Source of the DNA: Octopus bimaculoides
Taxonomy: Eukaryota
Assembly: GCF_001194135.2 (NCBI RefSeq)
Contig: NC_068981.1
Location: forward strand, 165,192,308 to 165,256,307
DNA: 64,000 bases
Direction: 5' to 3'
Shown: positions 1 through 13,565 of the stretch, one piece after another
How the letters are laid out: every line of letters starts with the position of its first letter
Position numbering within the stretch: the stretch's first letter is position 1
Made by a program: the position numbers and the translations under genes
The notes under the pieces: model-generated
Seen by the model: the letters and a program-made list of their open reading frames with translations, nothing else
Database searches by the model: none
What the model was told of the DNA's origin: nothing

Positions 1-123
1 AAATCCAAATATATGGTACCCTAGGCATAACACCTACATGAACTTCTAACTTGTTGTCTCTTGAGGTCTCTGGGTGAGACTTGGATCCAACTTGTACAAA
101 TGCAAAACAAAAGTCAAACATAA

Positions 124-186
<63 letters not shown>
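1..186 (+). mobile_element. 3' end/UTR of an R4/Dong-type (RLE) non-LTR retrotransposon ending in a (TAA)n tract
   Basis: Motif gaggtctctgggtgagacttgg followed by an A-rich stretch and (TAA)~20 at 124-186. It resembles the 3' ends of the RLE-coding copies at 7960-8075 (minus) and 32905-32985. The coding part lies outside the window. Confidence 0.55.
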
Positions 187-371
187 TAATTCGTTTTATT
201 GGCCACAAGGGCTAATATCAATTAAAACATGTAAGGACAAAGACAGGACGAAGGCTACAAAAGGTTTTGTCCGAAAAGGTAGGAAAGTTCGTCTAAACAG
301 AGGAAGAAAACGGAACAACCACCGCTATCACCTCTCCCTTCATTCAATACATTTCAGGTTTACAAACTGAT

Positions 372-530
372 GTGGTCAATCGATCTGCTGCTAACTTGCT
401 AGTAATAACAACCAAATCTCTTAGAAATCACACCCTACCGTCGTAAAAAGAAGAAAAAGACTAGAATTCCTTTGATCATTAGACTTTCCAATCAATAACT
501 AACCTGGGGTTAAACAGCAACAATAACAAC
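372..530 (+). repeat. Dispersed (AAC)n-tailed SINE-like repeat (family D)
   Basis: Shares ctgct..aa(a)ta(g/a)ca.ccaaatctc, cctttgatca and acctggggttaaacaacaac with copies at 2510-3085 and 51975-52405. Confidence 0.55.
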
Positions 531-1221
531 TTCTCAAGATTTCCGTTATTTTCAAGAAGGACAGGGGCAGGGTTTTGGTGGAGGAGGGCTCTCTAAGATA
601 AACCCCCTTTTGCTGTTGTTTATTCGCTACTTTTCCGAGAGATGTCTTGTCGCCGTTTAGTTTACTTTTTGTATATCTGTCTGTCGTTGTTTATTTAAAA
701 TGACGATCGTTTTCGTTTACTCTTTACCCAACCTCTGACTTCTTTGCTTTAACAAACGACGTTTCTGCTAGCTTTAACGTTTGTCTTTCTTAAATATTTT
801 ATACTATTCCGCCACACACATACACAGACACGCACACGCATGCACACTCAAACACACACGCACCACATACACACGCTCCTGTACATCCATACATACACCG
901 CATTTTTTCTTATCTTCCGTTGTGGAGGGTTGCGTTTTTCATTGCAAGTAATTCTTCCTTTCTTGAGCCCCGCTCCCCACTAGACACATAGACATACGCA
1001 CACATACACAAAAGCCTACACATTCTTATCTTCCCTTTTGTTTTCGGGGAATTTTTTCTTCCACTTTCTGCCTTCTTTTTTTTATATTTTCTTTATGTCT
1101 CCTTCTGTTACTTCCAACTTCACCCGCCATCACCAACACTACTACATCTGTTTATTTTATTCTGCTTATATATATATATATGTGTGTGTACATATATATA
1201 TAGGAGTACGTGAGTGCGTAG

Positions 1222-1270
<49 letters not shown>

Positions 1271-1950
1271 TATATTATTCGTTTCTTTTGGTTTTAATGT
1301 TGACATTTTGCTATTAATCTTGTTCGTTTTTGTTGTTTTAAGAGATTTCGCGAATATCCTTTAGCCAACATGTGCCGCCGTCAATTTGTCATTCTTGCCA
1401 AATATATAATAAATTCGAGACCATATCTCACATCTAACCCAGGTTTTTGTTTGTTTCCTTTATTTATTATTATCATTGTTGTTGTTATTATTATTATTAT
1501 TATTATTACTATTATTAGTTTTATTATTTTGTTTTATTATATTATAACAACTTGTTTGTTTACAACTTATCACTTATCACGTTAGCTCACTTTTAAGTAA
1601 ATAGAATATATTAACACATGGCTTAAGATGGGACGCAGTTAGCGACTGCGACGAACTCAAATACACACACAGAGACGCACACATACGCACATGCACACAT
1701 ACCCATTTACACACATAGATGCAGAGACAGAGACGGAGTGAGAGAGAGAGAGAGGGTGGGGTGAGAGGGACAGAAATGGAGACAGGGAGAGAAATACAAG
1801 GTCAAAGCGTATAAGATTATTGAAAGTGCTATATCATAAAAGGGACTTCAAACAATGGCAAAATGTTCCAACTTTTTCTTCAGAGTGTTGCGTAGTCAAA
1901 TTAATCTATCCTGGTATATGAGTGGTATTTATCAGCCACAGTAAAAAGGA

Positions 1951-2180
1951 AGGCGGTGGAGCGTGGCTTAGTGGTTAGGGTGATGAACTCACGATCGTAA
2001 GATTGGTTTCGATTCCTGGACCGAGCGATGCGTTGTATACTTGAGCATAACACTTCATTTCATGCTGCTCTGAACCACTCAAATGGCCAAAATGAATATT
2101 CCGGCATTTAGTCCAGGGTGGGGAATATATACACCAAATTACCGGGAAAACAGACCCCATGAGTCTGTATGACTCGGGAT
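1951..2180 (+). mobile_element. tRNA-derived SINE (family C)
   Basis: Pol III A box (tggcttagtgg), B box (gtttcgattcc) and central cttgagcataacacttcattt motif shared with 23030-23363 and 38833-39492. Confidence 0.8.
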
Positions 2181-2233
2181 TGAGTATTTTCCGTTATTTT
2201 CCTTTTAGAAAATAAGGGCGTAACAAGATATTG

Positions 2234-2446
2234 ATTTCACATTTTGGAACAAGGCCAGCAATTTCGGGAGAGTGAGGTAAATTGATCATATCTATCCCAG
2301 TGACCAACTGGTATTTGTTTTATAGATCCCGAAAGGACGAAAGGCAAAGTCGATTTCGGCGGAATTTGAATTCAGGACATGAAGACGGACGAAATGCCGC
2401 TAAGCATTTTGCTCGGCGAACTAATGATTCTACCAGCTCGCCGCCT
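2234..2446 (-). mobile_element. tRNA-derived SINE (family B) with a 19-bp target-site duplication
   Basis: Head aggcggcgagctggtagaatc on the minus strand. Flanked by agggcgtaacaagatattg (2215-2233) and agggcataacaagctattg (2447-2465), 2 mismatches. Confidence 0.9.
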
Positions 2447-2509
2447 AGGGCATAACAAGCTATTGTAAACTATATATTCTTTCACACTATCGAGTCTACT
2501 TTCCACTTC

Positions 2510-3085
2510 ATACCCATGATAGTCACTTGATCTGTTGAGAAATAGGGGCTAAACTGCATCAACCCACAATGTAACGTGTCTCGAAAAAAATCATGTTGGA
2601 TAATGTGGTCATGGATTCCCTATAAATACTAAAATGACGAAAAGGACATGGTTAGAATGCCTTTGATAATAGGTCTGATCGATCAGAATTAAAGTGGGGT
2701 TAAACAATTTCAATAACAACATTCAGTTGCTCTGTAATAAAGATGTTGCCTGTAGCCAATGACAGAACCGATGAAAACACGTTTGACCTGCCAGAAATGA
2801 CAACTAGATCCCCAACAAATCTTATTGTACTAATTTTGGATCGAAGTTTTAGAGTTTTAGATACGTTATTCTTGAAAACGAAACAGATGGATATGGCTGG
2901 AAGCTTTTAACCGTATGTCTCGCTCGCTCAAGATCGATCATTGGCTAAGAGGACTGCTTAACTATTCAGCCGTACAAAATGACAAGATGATCACTGATCG
3001 AACACCGTTGCTCATAGATCTGGCTGACAAGGGTCTGACCTGGGGTTGAAACAACAACAACAATAACATACAATAACATACAAGC
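2510..3085 (+). repeat. Two adjacent degenerate copies of the (AAC)n-tailed repeat family D
   Basis: Both end in ...tggggtt(g)aaacaa(c) tails (about 2700-2720 and 3040-3062) and share internal motifs with 372-530. Confidence 0.5.
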
Positions 3086-3689
3086 AATAACAAATTGTGT
3101 GTTTTTTCGTTGACGACGCAGTAATTTATAAAAATGTTATCGTGCAATCAATCTATGCCAGGCTTTCGGAAACATTTCGTACGTACAGAATCATCTAGAC
3201 TGAGAGAAACTTTTTACTGTCTAAATGATATCAAGAAAAAAATTGTAACGTGATTGCATAATTTAGTTATTTTCCAACCGGTAAAAATCTGTAACTTCAA
3301 ACTGCTCAATGATAGCCTTAATATTTAGAATTAACGATGTAACTTGTAAGCGAAAGACAACTTCTATAATCAGTCTACTTCTAAATGTCTTAATTTATAA
3401 TTGAATGAAATGAAAAGTTTTGAGACGGAAAAATGTAGTTAAGAAGAGCATTAACTCTTTCAAACTATAGCTGGTAGACTAGGATACTCCATTAAATATT
3501 GTTTCTAGCTTAGACATAAGATCAGCAGTTTTAGGAAGAGTTAATCAATACTCGACTAGGACATTATTTTATCGATCCTGAAGGGATAAAAGACAGAGCT
3601 GACTTCAAATGGATTTGAGCACTGAACGGAAAAGAGATGGAAAAAATACAACCTACACGGCTATAAGATGTCAAGAATAAAATTACTCC

Positions 3690-4440
3690 CTAGAATAGTA
3701 TTTATTTTTTCGTCAACAATCCAAGACACCGGAGAAAGAAATCCACTGAATAACGCATGCATTAATTAGCAACTGACATTCTAAAAGACTAGCAGACTAG
3801 TAGAACTACCGGAGAAGACAAACACAAATGCATTACATGTTAATCAGAGAATAAACCCAATGAAAATACACAAATGTAATAGAAATTCATTTTATGAACC
3901 AAATGCATAAAATCTATGGAACAGACGAATACTTGGTGAAAAACCTCAAACACCGGAACGTAACATGCATCACACCCAACCATAAACTTAACTCATAGTT
4001 TACAACAAAATACCAAACTAAAAGCTTCCTTATCCACAATATACCGCAAGTATGTAAACAAGAGAACACACGCTATTAATTACCACTGTGATCTATAACT
4101 TCGACAGTAAAATTGAAAGTTTGAAAATTGCAAATTTCAAACCTCCAGCTGCTACATTGGGCATACTAGTTCAGCGATTTTTCGTAGGCATCCATGCATT
4201 TACAACAAGGAACAATCGCAAACTACTATACCCTATACCACAAAACAAAGTTAGGAAAATACGTACACTCTCTATAAAATTCCTCATGAACATAGAAGAT
4301 TAATTGTGGAAGCCATAATTACATGACAGTACAATTCCAAAATAAACATGCAAACAACATATCCAAAACAAATTAACACATGGCTACCTATGGATCAGAA
4401 ATTTAACCAAAACAACCAAATCAACGTAGAAATCTAACGA
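3690..4440 (+). mobile_element. Decayed Penelope-like element (linker + GIY-YIG endonuclease remnant)
   Basis: Frameshifted translation gives FMNQMHKIYGTDEYLVKN..HRNVTCITPNHKL, then VIYNF..CYIGHTSSAIFRRH..ENTYTLYKIPHEHRRLIVEAII*QYNSKINMQ, matching the PLE GIY-YIG layout. Confidence 0.7.
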
Positions 4441-4711
4441 TCAAAAAGTGTGTGTGTCTAAGTCTACATGAAACAATACAGACGCCAAGCAAATTAAATT
4501 CATGAAAATGAGATTTTTCAAGTCTGGAAACATCGAATATGAAATTAGGATATTTTTTGTTCCAAACACTAATGGGAAAATACGAAAAGTCTAAAATAAA
4601 ACGAACACAGACTTGTATTTAATGAAACATACACACATATAAACACACTCTCTCATGTATACAGAGACACATATATACATATATATATATGAACGCACAC
4701 ATACACACACA

Positions 4712-4767
<56 letters not shown>

Positions 4768-4879
4768 CACGCATACACACATATATATACATACATACGC
4801 ACACATACACACACACATACATACATACATACATACATACGTACATACATACATACATACATGCATGCATGCATACATA

Positions 4880-5757
4880 CGAGGTGGCATCAAAAGTTTC
4901 CTGGACTAGTTATGTTTAATAAAAAAATTAGCTTATTTAATTAGGTTTTAACATCATCTGCTTCGAAATAGTCACCTTGAGCAGCAATGCAGCGCTCCCA
5001 GTTTTTTCTGCTACTTTTGGAATCTGGACTGGAAATCGTTTTGCGTAATCAGGTCGAGGATCTTCTGCGATTCGCTCTAGATTTCGACAACAGTGTATAA
5101 ATGGCAACCTTTGAATGGCATTTTCATTTTGAGGAAAAGGTGAAAGTCCGCAGATGCTAAATCTGGCGAATAGGGCGGGTATGAAAGCGATACCATGTAA
5201 CTTTTGACGAAGAATTCACGAGTGAGAAGAGTTTGGTGTCAGGGTGCCTTGTCGTCATGAAGAATCCAATTCTTCGCCTCCCTCAGACGCTTCAAAACGT
5301 TGCTGTTGAACTTTGGAGTGACGGTCTAGCCCTTAGGGACGAATTCCCGATGCACAATACCACATTTCTGGGGGTGACGCTCGTAGCAGTTCTTTCAGAT
5401 TGTTTATCGTCTTCCAGGGACGGTCTTCCGCTTTTGAAGCGCCCGGGCCACCCACTCGAAACATTGCGTTCGACCCATTGCCTCGTCGCCGTAAGCTTGC
5501 CGAAGCATGCTGAATATCTCTGTAGCAGACTTCCCAAGTTTAATACGAAATTTCACGTTGACACTTTGTTACTGTCTATGACAAAACCGCAGACCACAGC
5601 AAGCATGTGATCACAAAAATACAAATTTCACAACAGTGATGTCATTCGGCACACTGCCTCATGAAGGCCGCCTTTAGATCTCAGTTCACACATAACTGTG
5701 TGTTACCATCTGTTGGCGCGCTACAGAACTAGTCCTGGAACTTTTGATACCACCTCG
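4880..5757 (-). mobile_element. Internally deleted mariner (D,D34D-type) DNA transposon with both TIRs and TA duplication
   Basis: About 30-bp TIRs (cgaggtggcatcaaaagtttcctggactagt / actagtcctggaacttttgataccacctcg), TA at 4878-4879 and 5758-5759. Minus-strand remnants: N-terminal HTH (..FKSGRPSLEDDKQSERTATSVTP) and C-terminal WILHDDKAP..PPYSPDLAS..WERCIAAQGDYFE. Confidence 0.92.
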
Positions 5758-6260
5758 TAAATACACACACACATGTGCACAATTAAATCCTCTTGAATCT
5801 CAAACGGTTTCGCCTTTCAAAGAGCAAAGAATGGGTGATGAGTAATGGCGTAACAATATATAAGCAAAAATATTCGAAACATGCATAGCTCAGAGAACAT
5901 TGAAACTTGATTGCCTTCCAAAAAATCTTATATATTCTGCAACCAATCAAATATCGACGTGTAGCGAAACAACCATAACTCGATAGCTATTGAATATTGG
6001 TGCGAAAATTTTCTCACTGCTACGCCTCAATAATTATTTATATAGTCGTGAAATGTGAAACTCACTGGTACATTTCAAAAAACTACAGATTTTCATAAAA
6101 TATATGCACTTTACTCCATGTATTGAGTACTTTTCGTTGGTAATTTATTAAGTATCGCGGCTTAAAGTGAACTCCACTACAAATAGATACACACACACAC
6201 AAACACACGCACACGCATACACATACATATATATATACGTACGTGTGTGCATGCAACTAG

Positions 6261-6294
<34 letters not shown>

Positions 6295-7226
6295 ATCCAT
6301 ACATACATACACACACACGCGCGCGCACACGCACACATATATATACATACACACAAATACACACATACATAATACACAAAAACACATACACACACATGGT
6401 GGATTTGAACACATTTCTCTCGTTTTCCCTCCTTCCTCATATTTCTCTCTCTCTCTGTTCCTCTCTCTTTCTTCCTCTTTCTCTGTCTCTCTCTTTCTCT
6501 CTGTCTTTCTTTGTGTCTGTGTGTAGTTATTGGTGCTGGACAAATATCCTTCACCAATTTGTCAATATTTTTATCAATCTTTGATCTAGAATCAGTACAA
6601 AGGTGCTTGACAATTTGGTAGACTCATCTGTCATACACCCAGTATATAGCATAAAAAAGATGATCTTGGATAAACACTTTGCTACAAGATACAAATCCAA
6701 TCTGAATACACTTATATGTATATATATGCATATATATGTATATGTATATGAATGTATGTATGTATGTGTGTGTATGTATGAGTTACATTGTATATATGCG
6801 TGTGTGTGTGTTTATGTGCNNNNNNNNNNNNNNNNNNNNNNNNNNNNNNNNNNNNNNNNNNNNNNNNNNNNNNNNNNNNNNNNNNNNNNNNNNNNNNNNN
6901 NNNNNNNNNNNNNNNNNNNNNNNNNNNNNNNNNNNNNNNNNNNNNNNNNNNNNNNNNNNNNNNNNNNNNNNNNNNNNNNNNNNNNNNNNNNNNNNNNNNN
7001 NNNNNNNNNNNNNNNNNNNNNNNNNNNNNNNNNNNNNNNNNNNNNNNNNNNNNNNNNNNNNNNNNNNNNNNNNNNNNNNNNNNNNNNNNNNNNNNNNNNN
7101 NNNNNNNNNNNNNNNNNNNNNNNNNNNNNNNNNNNNNNNNNNNNNNNNNNNNNNNNNNNNNNNNNNNNNNNNNNNNNNNNNNNNNNNNNNNNNNNNNNNN
7201 NNNNNNNNNNNNNNNNNNNNNNNNNN

Positions 7227-7275
<49 letters not shown>

Positions 7276-7959
7276 GTATATGAATGTATGTATGTATGTG
7301 TGTGTATGTATGAGTTACATTGTATATATGCGTGTGTGTGTGTTTATGTGCATGTGTATACTTCTGTGTGCCATCTTGATGTCTTGCTTACGGAGTCTAA
7401 AGGCTATTCAGAGTAGGAGAAAAATATCGAGTTGAAGAATTGGTCTGGAAACAGAGGTTACCGTAGTTGAACTCAATGAAAATAGATTACAGTGCACCGA
7501 CATTCATTCTGGTTAATAAGTAAATATTGTTATATCTTAGTTTCTATGCTCTTACAATATCGCGTTTTACAATATAAGCAGATAAACGTATAGTACAACA
7601 TGAACAAAAGAAATGCATCGTATGCGTACAAATTTTTGCTTCATAATATGGTCTTGTTTTATTCATAATTTAATTCTAATAACAAAGTGGTGTACAACCT
7701 TGCAAAGATCTTCCTTGTTTGGAAGAGAGCGAGACGGGTGAGAGAAAGAGGAACGACGGGAGGGGCAAAGCAATACTAGGAGAGGTTGGAATGATTAATT
7801 TTCATTATAAATATTCAAAAGCATAGACTGCAGAGAAAGCAGTAGAGGTGAGAGAATCCTAGGAGGAAGCCAAATTGTTCTGGCCACAGTTTCTAATTTC
7901 CCCCCACCCCCGAAAGAACTGAAGTTATGATTAGGTATGCATCATCATCCTCATCATCA

Positions 7960-9430
7960 TCATTATTATTATTATGGTTGTTGTTGTTATCTTCTTTCAA
8001 TTTTGTTTCCATTTCTTACCGAGTGTCTTCCCACTACCTAGGACAAAGAAACTCATTGAATACATTAATAGTCCATTAAAATAAACACACCAGATTGTTC
8101 GTCTGCAGAGTCACACGTATTGAGAAGAGCATTGTCGCTGTGAATTTTCTTTCTTTTACCCCCCTTTTTCCATGCTTTTTGCTTCTCATATTTTCTTTCT
8201 TTTCTTTCTTTCCTATATTTTTCTTCCCTTTTTTTCTATCATATGATAGAAAAAAAGGGAAGAAAAATATAGGAAAGAAAGAAAAGAAAGAAAATATGAG
8301 AAGCAAAAAGCATGGAAAAAGGGGGGTAAAAGAAAGAAAATTCACAGCGACAATGCTCTTCTCAATACGTGTGACATGCCAGTTAAGGTAATTTTTTGCA
8401 CTTCCTGCATATATGGTAAGCCAGGGATCATCCTCAAATAATTGTCAGTTCTCTTTTTGATCATCGCTAGTGCTCCTGCAATCACTGGTATTGTAACCAT
8501 CTTGAAATGCCACTTTTTTTTTTCCATTTCAATCAGCAGATCTTGATATTCTTTGAACTTTTAATTATAAGGTGTGCTCATGTCGACCAATAAACAGATT
8601 TTATTGTTTGGGTCTTTCACAATAATATCTGTTTTATTATCAGCTTTGATGATCCGGTCTGTATGTACTGGAAAGTCCCAAAGAATCATTACATTTTCTC
8701 ACCTAGTTACAGCCTCAGGATGGTGCTTGTACCATTTATAGTGCCGACATATCAGTCCTGCTGATAACAGAATCTACTTTCCTAGTCATATCTAGCAACT
8801 TCCTTCTGTTGGTAGCTTTTAATGCTGGCAATCATTTTCTTCTTAACTTATTACTTTCTGCAACTCATCTAAAATCTTCATTTAAATCGCTGTTACCCGC
8901 TCTCCTTTCCTTTTGGTAGTGCTATTAATATTTTTTTCTTTAGGTTCTTCTTTGGTTTGAGCTGCATCTCTTATGTTGGTGTTTGTCTTTCCTACAGCTT
9001 GGTCTTTCTTTTCCACTTCGCTTGTGATCTCTTCCACCTCCATTTCTGTCACTCACTTTCGTCTCTTAATAACATTAACTTGATCTACTAGTCTCTGCTC
9101 AGACATTTTAAACATACACTTCTCTACCCAAAATGATAACATCCGTTTTCTACAACCCCTTCTTTTAGGTTCACTTCCTAAGTAGCACTACATTACTACC
9201 TTGTTTTCCTTGTCAGTCCACTTCCTCCTCCTTATTTTCTTATCTGCTGATGTTGTCTTAAGATAACAGCTATGGCCAGTCTGCATCTTTACTGAACCAC
9301 TGCCGAGCGAGAGGCCTTCCTTTAAAGGTCCAACCTCATTTTCGCTGTTACATCTAGAATTCCTACGCCAATTCTTGTCTCTCATAGACTGAGGTAAGGT
9401 AACGTTCGTCACCATCGTCATCACCACTAT
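7960..9430 (-). mobile_element. R4/Dong-type RLE non-LTR retrotransposon, internally deleted (no RT), pseudogenised
   Basis: N-terminal RRKWTDKENKVVM*CYLGSEPKRRGCRKRMLSFW..SEQRLVDQVNVIK..LPALKATNRRKL is joined near 8760 to ICRHYKWYKHHPEAV..ILWDFPVHTDRIIKA..TDIIVKD..LLVDMS..KEYQDLLIEMEK..TIPVIAGALAM..LRRALSL*. (TAT)n lies on both flanks. Confidence 0.88.
8110..8375. repeat. Perfect 266-bp palindrome (two 133-bp arms, no spacer)
   Basis: Base-by-base comparison shows 8110-8242 is the exact reverse complement of 8243-8375; the centre is ctatcat|atgatag. Confidence 0.97.
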
Positions 9431-9469
9431 TATTATTCGACATCTGATATTTTCAAATAACTTTCTATT

Positions 9470-9830
9470 GCATCAATTGCTGCACCTTAGTGTTGGTGAA
9501 GTGTTGCTCCTATTTTTTACCTTTGGAGAATATTGTATTGCATCGGTATGTTTTGTTATGGGGTTTGGTTTGAGTCTTCTTGTGGTATTCGTTTTTGTAT
9601 TGTGCATTGGCTGTGTATTACAGGTTGTCAGGTTGTGTTCTTCTGTTGCGTATCGGACTTCTATGGCACATGTTATGGGATTTGTTCATTTAATTGGGTA
9701 CTGTATGAGTTTATTCCTATATGTTTTTGGAGGAGTGTTGCGTAATGGTGTGTGTAAATCACAAATCAACAATTTCATTGTATTCAGATTTATCGCTCTA
9801 TCGTTCTTTTTTACTTTTCTTGCCTTTGTT
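9470..9830 (-). mobile_element. Possible highly decayed Penelope-like (Naiad-like) thumb/linker fragment
   Basis: Frameshifted translation ..DRAINLNTMKLLICDLHTP..YRNKLIQYPIK, a T/N-rich linker, then QYSPKVKN-IGATL. Loosely parallels the 40140-40930 region. Confidence 0.35.
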
Positions 9831-10039
9831 ATGGGTCGGTCTTCACAGCGTTTACTTTTTGACAGAACACCACCCATAGACATGTGCTGATGTTTCTTTC
9901 GTATTTATAATTATTGTTCTTGTATAAGTAGAAAGGATGACTAGTGTTGTTGTTTAAGGCACTAGATGAACAGATTCGTTAGAGCGTCAGAATAACTGCT
10001 TTATAGAATTGTTCTGACACTTTAATTTCTTCATTCAGT

Positions 10040-10345
10040 TCCCATTGAGATCAACTTCGCTTTTCGTCCCTCTGGGATCGTTAAATATTATACCAGCAGA
10101 ATACTTGGATCGATACTATCGGCTAATCTCTTTTCCTCAAGATTGCTGTACTTATATTTAAGGCCAGAATTCTTAGCACACCGAGGAAAAAATGCTTAAC
10201 AGCATTTCGTCTCGCCAGGGTCGGCTTTGCGTCTCATCCTTTCAGGATTGATAAAATAAAGTACCAGCTGAACACTGGGGTCGATTTGAACTAAGTAACC
10301 ACTTCTTCAAAATTGTTGGTCCTTTGCCAGAACTTAAAACAGTTA
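10040..10345 (+). mobile_element. Two partial SINE family B copies
   Basis: gcagaat.cttagcac, aaatgctta, ataaaataaagtaccag and ctggggtcgat motifs. Confidence 0.7.
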
Positions 10346-11406
10346 TTGTTATTATTTATTTATTTAATTATGTTGTTGTTGTTCTCGTCGTCGTCGTCAT
10401 CGTCATCGTCGTCGTCGTCGCTGCTGTTGTTGCCGTTGTCGTTGTTGTTGTTATTATTGTCTAAGTCAGCGGATGAGTCACTGAATCGTCAGAGATTCGG
10501 ACAAAATGTTGTTAATTATCAGTTCCGAATTCTTACATGCTGAATTCATATCCACCTATCTTCAAATTTCTAACTTCGTGCAGATTATATTTTATTTTAT
10601 ATATTTTATATCATTAAAAAAAAAACAGCACTGACCAGCAAACAGATCGTTCTCTGAAACTATAAGCAACGGTCTGGACACTTCTGGCTAACGAGACACA
10701 TATCGAAAGAACGGGGTCCCAGAATCCCTTGCATCAATGATTCGAGTTTGTTATGAATACATAGTCTTCGTAAAACGGAAAAAAACCTGCTCTCTTGTGA
10801 CTTACACAAGAGCGATTAGCATATTTGTGTTCGAATCTGCCAGAACGTATTAAGATTTAAAATGGAAGTCATCGGTTTATTTTGGCTATTCTCATAGTGT
10901 TCGTATTCAATAGTACGATTTTACACTTGTTTTGTTGTTGCTGTTGCCATTGTTGTTCAATTTGTTGGTTGTGTCATGAATAAAATAACTATAATGACAA
11001 GCTGATTTTTAAAAACACCACACATAACCGAAGTTGTAATTTAAAAAAAAAATACAAATTAATGAATTAATAAATAGACTGGTAACTTTCTAAAAATAAA
11101 TTTAAACTGTCAGAAAATAAATCGAATTAATAAGTAAAAATGTACATGAAAGAGTCATTTCGTCAAATTTACTGTTATCTATTTTTATTTATCTCACTCC
11201 ACTCGTTCCATCTCATCCCCGTTTATTCCTTTCCATCAATCAACAGTGTTTATATATTTCTATTCTACAACAAAAAAATTCATTAAACAACAAATAAATA
11301 AATGTGTAAAATAATTTTTAAAAATATGATTATCTGCAAATTAAATACATTAATAAATAAGCAAGTAAATGAAAAAAAAATGATTGCATTTCATCTCACT
11401 CCACCA

Positions 11407-11493
<87 letters not shown>

Positions 11494-12275
11494 NNNNNNN
11501 NNNNNNNNNNNNNNNNNNCGCCAATACTTTCTATCAAAATCTCATACTTCCGTGAGTATATAATATATTCTATTATATGTTTATTTCCTATACAAAATAT
11601 CCAAAAAAAAAAAAAATATTAACAAAATAAAAACATAACAATAAAATTAAAATACATTGGAGATGAATAAATGAATTAAAAAGAAACACTAATTCTGAAA
11701 AAGAAGACAGAATTAATCCATGAATTTATCTATCGTTCTCTCGTCTTTTTCTTCAACACCCTTCTTTACACGGTGTCGTCTGCTTTCTTTGAAAAAGAAA
11801 ATTTACATTGGAAACATCGTATTGTCTGTCGTCCATATCTCACAACTTCAATATTCACCTGAAGTATTTTTCGTTCTAATCTAGTTTATAGGGAAAACAT
11901 TACAGATAAAATTAATTTTCCATTCGCTTTTCATTTTGTATTTTTGTCATTTTTCATCAGTTTATCTGTTGCTATCATCACTATCATCATTCTTGTTGAT
12001 GTTGATATTATTCTTAAAACTTCTTAGTCTTTACGATTTTTATTTGTATGTCAATGCCATTTTGTATCTATAACTTACCTCATTTCATTCATTTGACATC
12101 TAATATTCTGTGTGTGTGAGAGAGAAAGAGAGAAAGAGAGAGAGAGAAAGTGAGAGAGAGAAAGAGTGAGTGCGTGTGTGCATGCGTGTTTGTGTGTGCT
12201 TGTGCTATATGTGCAATCATAAAAAGTAACACACATTACCAATTTACATAAACACACACACACACACACATGTAT

Positions 12276-12329
<54 letters not shown>

Positions 12330-12740
12330 GAGCACACATATATACATATATATATGTACATACATATATATGCATGTATATATATAATACACACATATAT
12401 ATATATACATATACATATGTGTGTGTGTGTTTTTACATGCACACACATAAGCATAACACACGCAATAACACACATAATCACCTTGTTTATCATTTATTTG
12501 GCATTTATAGTCTGGAAGTTTGACTGACATCCATTTTTTCACAGATGAACACACACAGACACAAAGATAATGCAGTCGCACACTCCACGGAGATACACGC
12601 ATGCCCCCAAACGTACATACATACATACATACGTATATTTGTATGTAATGTGTGTATGTATATATACATATATACATATACATATATATATATACATAGA
12701 TACATACATATATACACACACATGCATATCTACATGTAAG

Positions 12741-12772
<32 letters not shown>

Positions 12773-12995
12773 TNNNNNNNNNNNNNNNNNNNNNNNNNNN
12801 NNNNNNNNNNNNNNNNNNNNNNNNNNNNNNNNNNNNNNNNNNNNNNNNNNNNNNNNNNNNNNNNNNNNNNNNNNNNNNNNNNNNNNNNNNNNNNNNNNNN
12901 NNNNTATATATACAAATACGTATATAAAATATATGCATGCCTTAGGTGTGTGCGTATACATCACACATACACACACATACACATACGTTTATGTA

Positions 12996-13335
12996 CAGGC
13001 GTGGCTGTGTGGTAAGAAGTTTGCTTCCCAACACATGGTTTCGGGTTCATTCTCACTGCATGGCACCTTGATAGACGTAAACTGAAAGAAGACCTTCTTA
13101 CGTATGTGTATGTGTGTGTGCACGCGCGCCTGTCTGTGTTTGTCCCCATCCCAGTTTTACAACTGCTGTGGGTGTGTTTACGCCCTCGTAACATAACGGT
13201 TCGGCTAGAGTCTGATAGAGTAAGTATTCGGTTTAAGAAATAAACGCTGGCGTCGATTTGTTCGACTAAAACTCTTCAAGGCGGTACTCCAGCTTGGCCG
13301 CAGTCAAAATGACTGAAACAAGTAACAGAATAAAG
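12996..13335 (+). mobile_element. tRNA-derived SINE (family A)
   Basis: Head gcgtggctgtgtggtaagaag with B box gggttc; internal (TG/TA) tract; tail ggcggtactccagcttggccgcagtcaaaatgactgaaac. Confidence 0.88.
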
Positions 13336-13565
13336 GAATAATATAATTTCTGTGCGCAGTACCTGAAAAAAATATGTATGGGTTGATTTTTTTTTTCTCC
13401 TCTATGTGTATTCGTTTGTGTGCATCTTTCAGCTTTTATGTCTGAGGACATGTCTTTCCTTGTGTTACTATGATGCCGTATATAATTGTCGTTATATATT
13501 TGATATAATTCTAAATGGTTCCATCTATATCTTTATATACGTTGTCTGATCTATACTTTTCTACT

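Noticed and set aside
1951-2030. tRNA-like A/B boxes here and at other SINE heads
   Set aside because: They continue into SINE bodies and do not form complete cloverleaves; not tRNA genes.
6731-7351. Identical 89-bp sequence on both sides of a gap (6731-6819 and 7263-7351)
   Set aside because: Typical unmerged contig overlap; an assembly artefact rather than a tandem repeat.
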